Positions 57,632 to 64,000 of a stretch of 64,000 nucleotides of DNA are shown here, one piece after another. Position 1 is the stretch's first letter; every line of letters begins with the position of its first letter. Origin of the DNA: Candidatus Nomurabacteria bacterium (GTDB taxonomy: Bacteria; Patescibacteriota; Minisyncoccia; Phycocordibacterales; UBA9973). The notes under the pieces were generated by a model. The model was not told where the DNA came from, ran no database searches, and saw nothing but the letters and a program-made list of their open reading frames with translations. The stretch lies in NCBI GenBank assembly GCA_943350875.1, contig CALRAL010000003.1, positions 25,174 to 89,173 on the forward strand. The letters are read 5' to 3'. Both the position numbers and the translations under genes were made by a program.

Positions 57632-59770
57632 ATGAAAAAATATATAGGAATTTTGTTTGTTTTGAGTTTTTTGATTGCCTCACCGAGTTTTGTTTTCGCT
57701 GCTCAGGATGGAGATCTTGATCCAGCCGATGTCGGAGCGAGTTGTGCCGATATTACTCATGACTTGCGTTATAGGATGCGAGATACTGCTACTAATGATG
57801 ACATTGCTGTCTTGCAAGATTTCTTGAATAGTAATGGATATACGACTGTATCTCCAGCTGGATTCTTCGGAACTTCTACCTTGAAAGCGGTTAAAAAGTT
57901 TCAGTCTGCCAATGGTTTGCGTCAAACTGGTTTCGTTGGTCCTAAAACTCGTGCCAAAATAAAAGCGATTGATTGTGGAGATGTAATTGTTCCCCCTGTT
58001 GCCGGTGCTCCTTGTATTTCTATAAATAGTCCATTAGCTAATTCGCAAGTTGCTCTTCCTTTTACTGTGAGAGGTGTATTTAATGATGACAGAAGTGAAA
58101 GACCTACAGGGTGTTCAATGTGGAAATTCTTTGAAGGACAGGCTGGGACAGCTAAATTACATTACAAGAATAATGGCTCTTGGTTTTCTCTAGGTGGAGT
58201 AAAAGTTATTCCAGTTTCTGATTGGATGTCATCAGGACCAAAATCTTTTTCTGTGATTATGGATTTGAAGGGTGGTAGTGGTGTTGACGCCATGTATTCA
58301 TTCAAAGACGGTATGCCATTGGAGGTTGTATTTCAAGAAGAAGATCCTTCGGGCATGGGTCATGGTAAAGCTTTTACATTACCACTTGTATATAAATCTA
58401 CAGTCACTCCTCCTACCACCCCATCCATTACAGTCCTTTCTCCAAATGGAGGGGAGACATATACAGCGGGACAACAGATTATGGTGAAATGGAACAGTTC
58501 AAATATTACATATCCAGTTTCAATTTATCTAGATAAAGTACCTGTAGGATATATTCCATCTTTTAGTAATGTAATATCTAGAGTTACTTTAGTTTCTAGT
58601 ACACCTAATGATGGACAAGAACAAATTACATTACCAAATTCTTCTGATTGGTTTTCTGGTCAAAAGCAATATGCTGTGACTGTATCTCCAGTAGAGTCAT
58701 CAGGTCTTGATGTTGCTGATATTTCTAATAATTCATTTACAATCAACGCCCCATCTTCCACCAATCCTCCCGTTATTGATGGCGTCTCTGGACCTTCAAC
58801 ATTAAACACAGGTGCGACAGGTACTTGGACAGTCACAGCTCACGATTCAAATGCTGGTAATTTGTCATACTCTGTAGTCTGGGGTGATGAAGGTTCTAAG
58901 AGAGCTATGGCTTCTTCTACCACATCTCAAACAGCTACATTTACACATGTTTACAGTACTGCTGGGAATTATGTTCCTACCTTTACAGTCACAAACATGA
59001 CAACCAATCAGAGTGCTACTACTAGTTTGAGTGTAAATGTGACAGCTACAACTCCTTCTCTATCTGTAGTTTTGTCTAGAAATACAGCTTATATAAATCA
59101 GAGTTTCTATACTAACAGTACTCATAAAAAAATTGCTTCATTTACAATACAAGCTGGAGGTTCTCAAGGTGTTCATGTAAACAATTTTCAGATGGATTTT
59201 TCTGGATATAATCCAGGAAGTATTGCTCCTACAGGTATTTCTAACTTAGGCATATATTCAAATGGTGTTCAGCTTGGTTCAACTATTGCTACTGTCCTTA
59301 CTATCAATAATGTCCCAATGAACTTCAATATAGTTGCTGGCAATACTTCTGTTATTGATGTTTATGCTGATTTAGGATCTTCAGCTGGTTCCTTGATAGT
59401 ACCATTAAATGCAAGTGGAATTGGTCTCGTATCTGGAACTACTTTCTCTACCCAGACAATGAATGGTCAAACAATCACTGTGAAGATTCCAACCCCTCCT
59501 CAAATATTTGGTGTCTCTGGTCCTTCATCGTTAGGTCCAAATCAAATGGGAACTTGGACAGTATCATCTCATGATAATAATACTGGTACTTTGCAATATG
59601 CCGTAAATTGGGGTGAATCAGATCCAAATTATTATCCACAATCAACTTCTGTTTTTACTCATGCTTATAAAACTGTGGGGACATATACAGCTACATATAT
59701 TGTCACGAATACTGCAACAGGTCAGTACACACAAAAGACATTTAGTACAAAAATCAGTTTAATTAATTAA
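57632..59770 (+). CDS. Secreted protein with a peptidoglycan-binding domain and Ig/PKD-like repeats
   Basis: Signal peptide from ATG 57632; LQDFL..G.FG..T..AVKKFQ...GL..TG.VGPKTR; VLSPNGGE; two YxVxWG..FTHxY PKD-like repeats. Confidence 0.85.
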   Translation: MKKYIGILFVLSFLIASPSFVFAAQDGDLDPADVGASCADITHDLRYRMRDTATNDDIAVLQDFLNSNGYTTVSPAGFFGTSTLKAVKKFQSANGLRQTGFVGPKTRAKIKAIDCGDVIVPPVAGAPCISINSPLANSQVALPFTVRGVFNDDRSERPTGCSMWKFFEGQAGTAKLHYKNNGSWFSLGGVKVIPVSDWMSSGPKSFSVIMDLKGGSGVDAMYSFKDGMPLEVVFQEEDPSGMGHGKAFTLPLVYKSTVTPPTTPSITVLSPNGGETYTAGQQIMVKWNSSNITYPVSIYLDKVPVGYIPSFSNVISRVTLVSSTPNDGQEQITLPNSSDWFSGQKQYAVTVSPVESSGLDVADISNNSFTINAPSSTNPPVIDGVSGPSTLNTGATGTWTVTAHDSNAGNLSYSVVWGDEGSKRAMASSTTSQTATFTHVYSTAGNYVPTFTVTNMTTNQSATTSLSVNVTATTPSLSVVLSRNTAYINQSFYTNSTHKKIASFTIQAGGSQGVHVNNFQMDFSGYNPGSIAPTGISNLGIYSNGVQLGSTIATVLTINNVPMNFNIVAGNTSVIDVYADLGSSAGSLIVPLNASGIGLVSGTTFSTQTMNGQTITVKIPTPPQIFGVSGPSSLGPNQMGTWTVSSHDNNTGTLQYAVNWGESDPNYYPQSTSVFTHAYKTVGTYTATYIVTNTATGQYTQKTFSTKISLIN

Positions 59771-59774
59771 ATAT

Positions 59775-59892
59775 TATTAATATCAAGGACTACCCTTGAT
59801 ATTAATACAAAAATCCCTAAGGTTAGCCTAGGGATTTTGCGTTAGGTCTTGCCTAACGCACAAATACACAGGCGTTGCCTGTGTATTTGTGC
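59775..59892. repeat. Array of four back-to-back AGG-N5-CCT hairpins with unrelated arms
   Basis: Hairpins at 59775-59807, 59810-59838 (one core mismatch), 59838-59860 and 59858-59892. Confidence 0.9.
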
Positions 59893-59895
59893 TAA

Positions 59896-60474
59896 TTACA
59901 CTCGCTCCACATATTCTCCAGTTTCTGTGTTGATGCGGATAGTGTCGCCTTCGGCGACGAACATCGGAGCGTTGATAGTGGTGCCATTTTCAAGGGTTAT
60001 GACTTTTATTCCACCTTTGGATGTGTCTCCACGGACTGCAGGAGGAGCTTCTTTGACTTTGAATTCCATTTTGATAGGCAGATCCACACTGATATTCACT
60101 TCTTCGCCGTCATTGTCCCAGACTAGGACTGTGGTGTTGCTATTTTGTTTCAAGAATTTTGCTGCAGTACCGATGAGTGATGCGTCTAGTTTGAATCTGT
60201 TTGCTTTGTCATTTGGATCGCAGAACCAATATTCTCCACGGTTAGCGTATAAGAATGTGACTTCGCGTTTCTGTATATCTGCTTCATCGGCAGAGTCTGC
60301 GACGTGAAAAGTAGCAGGGAAGACCTTACCAGATATTAAGCTTTTTAATTTGACCTGATTTTGAGGCTTCCTTTGTTGGGTACGAGCGACATGCGACTCC
60401 ACCACCATGCATGGCTCATCATTATGAATTATAATTTTTTTTTCTCTGATTTCAGAGTATTGTAATTGAGACAT
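59896..60474 (-). CDS. efp: Elongation factor P
   Basis: FLYANRGEYWF, PAVRGDT, LENG, APMFV.EGDTIRINTETGEYVERV. Confidence 0.95.
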   Translation of the reverse strand: MSQLQYSEIREKKIIIHNDEPCMVVESHVARTQQRKPQNQVKLKSLISGKVFPATFHVADSADEADIQKREVTFLYANRGEYWFCDPNDKANRFKLDASLIGTAAKFLKQNSNTTVLVWDNDGEEVNISVDLPIKMEFKVKEAPPAVRGDTSKGGIKVITLENGTTINAPMFVAEGDTIRINTETGEYVERV

Positions 60475-60507
60475 GACTTTATACTAGCAGAAAAATTGTT
60501 TAAATCA

Positions 60508-60539
60508 ACCCCCTAAATCCCCCTTGTCAGGGGGACTTT
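60508..60539 (+). repeat. C-rich tail + hairpin repeat, family D related
   Basis: ACCCCCTAAA-TCCCCCT-TGTC-AGGGGGA-CTTT. Confidence 0.6.
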
Positions 60540-60548
60540 CTATTTTTC

Positions 60549-60649
60549 CTCCCCTCCTTAATCAAGGAGGGGAATGAGGGGTGGTAATTAAGAAATTTAA
60601 TAAATCACCACCTCGCCCTAAAGGGCACTCCTCCTCCACAAGGAGGAGA
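60549..60649 (+). repeat. Family D full-length intergenic copy between efp and recA
   Basis: Homologous to 52814-52904 inside metG. Confidence 0.92.
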
Positions 60650-60657
60650 TGATCCAA

Positions 60658-61701
60658 TTATGCCTCCTCCACAAATTTCTTGCGGATTTCCTTTAATATT
60701 TCATTTGCAATTTTTGTATTCTCTTTCAAGAATGTGCGAGTGGAGTCATAGCCTACACCTAGTTTCATTTTTTCTTTTGATTCACCACTTGGCATATAAA
60801 AGTATGAATTCCCAGTTTTCTCTACTATTTTAAATTTCTCTCCGAGGGCTATTATTTCTCCTTCTTTAGAAATTCCTTCGTTGTAGATGATATCAAACTC
60901 TGTTTGTTTAAACGGCGCGGCGACTTTGTTCTTGACCACTTTTATACGAGTTCTAGAACCCACTATTTCCTCTCCTTTTTTGATTTGGGCAATTTTACGT
61001 ATATCTAGGCGAACTGAAGTGTAGAATTTGAGAGCTTTACCTCCTGGGGTAGTCTCTGGGTTACCAAACATCACTCCTATCTGCATGCGGATCTGGTTTA
61101 TGAATATGACAGCTGTTTTAGAATGAGAAACTATCGCTGTGAGCTTGCGGAGCGCTTGAGACATCAGACGGGCTTGTTTACCCACGTGATATGCTCCCAT
61201 ATCGCCTTCTATTTCATCTTTTGGGGTGAGTGCTGCTACAGAGTCCACGACTATCACATCCACTTTACCTGTACGCACAAGGCTGTCCACTATGTCGAGA
61301 GCTTGTTCACCTGTGTCTGGTTGAGAAATGAGCAAGTCATTTATATTTACTCCGAGCTTTTTTGTGTAATCAGGATCCATCGCATGTTCGGCATCTATGT
61401 ATGCACAAACCCCGCCGAGTTTTTGCGCCTCAGCTACTATATGGAGCGAGAGGGTAGTCTTGCCGGAGGACTCTGGCCCGAATATCTCAATTATTCTTCC
61501 ACGTGGTATGCCTCCGATGCCGAGCGCCATGTCGAGCCCTATCGAGCCAGTCGGTATCGCATTTATGTGCACTTTTGGAGTTTCACCTAGTTTCATTATT
61601 GAACCCTCGCCGAATTTTGCTTGAATGGCCTTTAATGTATCATCTAGCCCTGTTGCTCCCATTGATTTGTCTTCTTTCTGCTCTTTTTTCTTTTTCATCA
61701 T
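60658..61701 (-). CDS. recA: Recombinase RecA
   Basis: [46 protein letters not shown]. Confidence 0.98.
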   Translation of the reverse strand: MMKKKKEQKEDKSMGATGLDDTLKAIQAKFGEGSIMKLGETPKVHINAIPTGSIGLDMALGIGGIPRGRIIEIFGPESSGKTTLSLHIVAEAQKLGGVCAYIDAEHAMDPDYTKKLGVNINDLLISQPDTGEQALDIVDSLVRTGKVDVIVVDSVAALTPKDEIEGDMGAYHVGKQARLMSQALRKLTAIVSHSKTAVIFINQIRMQIGVMFGNPETTPGGKALKFYTSVRLDIRKIAQIKKGEEIVGSRTRIKVVKNKVAAPFKQTEFDIIYNEGISKEGEIIALGEKFKIVEKTGNSYFYMPSGESKEKMKLGVGYDSTRTFLKENTKIANEILKEIRKKFVEEA

Positions 61702-61714
61702 AATCTTATCCTTC

Positions 61715-61809
61715 TTAGGATTACAGGATTTGCTTTTTTGAGCTGGTCTGGCTGGGATAGGGACCCAGAGAACCGAGGACCCGAAAAAAAGAAAAGCCTG
61801 TGATCCTAA
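61715..61809. repeat. 95-bp foldback immediately upstream of recA
   Basis: TTAGGATTACAGG...CTTTTTT / AAAAAAG...CCTGTGATCCTAA with an inner CTGGG/CCCAG stem. Confidence 0.6.
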
Positions 61810-61816
61810 TTATTAA

Positions 61817-62167
61817 CTAATAAACTAATTTATAATTTTTTTCATCAACATTCCCAAATTTATCGCTTGCTTTTATATTTACCACATTATACCCCGAAAG
61901 TAGAGCTATCGTTTCCTTAAAATTTCCACTCTGATCTACTGATATTTCTCGACCATTCAAGTAGAGTTTGTTGGCATTTTTGGCATTTCCAGCAATATTC
62001 ATAATACTTTCAGTTATTTTTGTCCCATCTACTATATTTACGTCTCTTATTTTTACTCCTGTTATCAGATTTTGTGAACGGTAAATTCCATAGAATATTA
62101 TTATTAAGAAAAACACTGCTAGCCCCATCATTTTCAATATCCTTTTGTTAGTTGGTTCTGTACTCAT
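61817..62167 (-). CDS. Membrane-anchored small Ig-like protein
   Basis: N-terminal TM; LNGREI..G.F...L.L..G.N...I.A.DKFG pattern. Confidence 0.75.
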   Translation of the reverse strand: MSTEPTNKRILKMMGLAVFFLIIIFYGIYRSQNLITGVKIRDVNIVDGTKITESIMNIAGNAKNANKLYLNGREISVDQSGNFKETIALLSGYNVVNIKASDKFGNVDEKNYKLVY

Positions 62168-62168
62168 T

Positions 62169-64000
62169 TTATTGCATTATATTATTTCCAGATTCATCGT
62201 GTTCTATTTTTTGTAATACTTCCCTTGGTTTTGCTCCATCGCCAGGGCCTATCACTTCGCGTTCTTCGAGTTGGTCCATGAGTCGGGCTGCTCTAGCGTA
62301 GCCCAGCTTTAATTTCCTTTGTAAATACGAAGTAGATGCCTTGCCAGCTTCTATGACACAAGCTCGAGCTTCTTCATACATTTCATCATCTGATTCATTA
62401 TTTTCATCTAAGTTTTCCCAGCCAAAGGCTGGTCCGCCTTGGGCGGAAAATATCGATTTGTCAGCTGAGATACTTCCGTTACTGAGTGATATCTCTTCTG
62501 TTATTTCATCTCGATATTTATCTGCCAAATACTTGACCACTTTCTTTACTTCATTTTCAGAAATAAAGGCAGACTGGAGTCTTTCTGGTTGAGCTTCTCC
62601 CGAAGAGTAGAGCATGTCTCCAGCTCCGAGGAGCTTTTCTGCTCCGCCGGTGTCAAGTATAGTGCGAGAATCTATTTGGGAAGACACTTTTAGAGCGATG
62701 CGGGCAGGGATGTTGGCCTTGATGAGTCCAGTAATGACGTTTACCTCTGGGCGTTGAGTGGAAAGTATGAGGTGTATGCCCACAGCTCGAGACATTTGAG
62801 CCAGGCGCACGATAGCGGACTCGAGCTCTCTAGGATAGGAGCTCATTATATCTGCCAATTCATCCAATATTATGACTATATATGGCAAACGATCACCACC
62901 CCCTGCTCCCTCCTCCACAAAGAGGGGGTCTGAGTTTCCCCGCCTCGATGAGGAGGGGACGGAAGGGGTGGTCTTTCCCCATACATTATTGTGATAACTT
63001 TCTATATCTCGTACTGATTCCGCTTCCAAGATGTCATAACGGCGATCCATTTCTTTGGCCGCCCATTTAAGGGCGAGTATTGCCTTTTTGGCTTCAGTTA
63101 TGACAGGGGTGAGTAAGTGAGGGATCTTGTTATAAAGGGTGAGTTCTACTCGTTTTGGATCTATCATTATTAATTTCAAATCATCTGGACTATTTCTGTA
63201 TAACAAGGATGTGATGATAGCGTGTATTGAGACAGATTTTCCAGAGCCAGTAGTTCCTGCGATGAGAACGTGTGGCATCTTGGCCAAGTTCCCAAAGCTG
63301 GCTCTGCCAGATATTCCACGCCCGAGCGCAATAGTGAGTGGTTTAGTAGAATTTTGGAATTTCTCATCGGAAAGGAGAGTAGCGAGGCCCACGGTTGATT
63401 TTACTTTATTTGGGATTTCGATACCTACGAGGGATTTGCCAGGAATTGGTGCTTCTATGCGGATAGGGTGTGCGGCTAGGGCTAGGGCGAGGTCACTTTG
63501 AAGTCCGACTATGCGGGAGAGTTTCACTCCTTCGGCTGGTTTTAGCGCATACCTCGTCACTGTGGGGCCAATGGTTATCTCATCCATCTCGACTTCGATA
63601 CCGAAGTTCTGTAAGGTACGTTTTATTATATTTGCATTTGCTTTTATGTCTCCAGTATTTGGTTTGCCTTGATCGCCTTCGAGGAGGGAGAGTGGGGGAG
63701 GTGTATAAGCTGAAAATAGTCCAGACTTTATTTTTTTAATCGGCATCTCATCTTCTTCCTCTGTTTTTTCTTCTTTTTTATTTTTTCCTACACCTAATGC
63801 TTTTTTAATTTTTTCTCCTGTTGTCTCATTTCCCTCCTCCCCTGACAAGGGGAGGAAAGAGGAGGGGTTATTTACCCCCTCTGCTTCCGGTATCTCCCCC
63901 GAGGCCGAGGGCGAAATGTATCCATTTTTTTTCTTCCAAATCATCCCCCACACTTTTTTCAAAAATGGCATGAGTTCTGGTTTTGTATCAAATATAACGA
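62169..64000 (-). CDS. ftsK: DNA translocase FtsK/SpoIIIE (5' end outside the window)
   Basis: RIEAPIPGK, AGTTGSGKS, IDPKRVEL, DELAD, TQRP, gamma domain LQRKLKLGYARAAR; frame stays open from 63971 to the window edge. Confidence 0.96.
   Translation of the reverse strand, partial: VIFDTKPELMPFLKKVWGMIWKKKNGYISPSASGEIPEAEGVNNPSSFLPLSGEEGNETTGEKIKKALGVGKNKKEEKTEEEDEMPIKKIKSGLFSAYTPPPLSLLEGDQGKPNTGDIKANANIIKRTLQNFGIEVEMDEITIGPTVTRYALKPAEGVKLSRIVGLQSDLALALAAHPIRIEAPIPGKSLVGIEIPNKVKSTVGLATLLSDEKFQNSTKPLTIALGRGISGRASFGNLAKMPHVLIAGTTGSGKSVSIHAIITSLLYRNSPDDLKLIMIDPKRVELTLYNKIPHLLTPVITEAKKAILALKWAAKEMDRRYDILEAESVRDIESYHNNVWGKTTPSVPSSSRRGNSDPLFVEEGAGGGDRLPYIVIILDELADIMSSYPRELESAIVRLAQMSRAVGIHLILSTQRPEVNVITGLIKANIPARIALKVSSQIDSRTILDTGGAEKLLGAGDMLYSSGEAQPERLQSAFISENEVKKVVKYLADKYRDEITEEISLSNGSISADKSIFSAQGGPAFGWENLDENNESDDEMYEEARACVIEAGKASTSYLQRKLKLGYARAARLMDQLEEREVIGPGDGAKPREVLQKIEHDESGNNIMQ
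62418..62447 (-). repeat. Family C 30-bp element in ftsK (SAQGGPAFGW)
   Basis: Reverse complement TCCGCC-CAA-GGCGGA-CCAGCC-TTT-GGCTGG. Confidence 0.9.
62894..62972. repeat. Two family D left halves head-to-head in ftsK (TTPSVPSSSRRGNSDPLFVEEGAGGG)
   Basis: Each half resembles metG CCCCTCCTTATGGAGGAGGGGGTTGGGGGTGGT. Confidence 0.78.
63832..63914. repeat. Family D related element in the ftsK linker (SPSASGEIPEAEGVNNPSSFLPLSGEEG)
   Basis: CCTCCCCT-GACA-AGGGGAGG...GGGGT/ACCCC...TCCCCC-GAGGCCGA-GGGCGA. Confidence 0.7.

Noticed and set aside
59775-59892. CRISPR array interpretation of the hairpin cluster
   Set aside because: No identical direct repeats with unique spacers; the units are whole palindromes, and no cas genes are in the window.

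Overview
Low-GC chromosomal segment that reads like a Patescibacteria (CPR, probably Parcubacteria/Nomurabacteria-like) genome; the taxon is inferred from gene content, not proven. It holds housekeeping genes (hppA, nusA, tpiA, pgk, recJ, rnhA, glyA, tmk, dut, argS, ileS, recO, glyQS, metG, tatD, rpsF-ssb-rpsR, efp, recA, ftsK), a type IV pilus/competence cluster with a split ComEC, and several large surface proteins. A ~10 kb accessory/defence island (29.6-39.7 kb) carries a PLD-SNF2 helicase plus Eco57I-like methylase, an NYN remnant, an HTH-GHKL/STAS pair and a Fic gene; a RelE/ParE TA pair lies at 48.8-49.2 kb. The most striking signal is an HUH/Y1 (RAYT-like) transposase at 54271-54966 flanked by palindromes with an AGG-N5-CCT core. 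The same core recurs across the window with variable arms, including a 4-hairpin array at 59775-59892. About 20 short GC-rich palindromic elements from at least four sequence families sit inside open reading frames of core genes (nusA, pgk, recJ, comEC, argS, ileS, recO, metG, ftsK), apparently adding 6-37 aa peptides, and siblings occur between genes. No rRNA, tRNA, CRISPR array or reverse transcriptase was seen. All calls come from reading the sequence; no searches were run.
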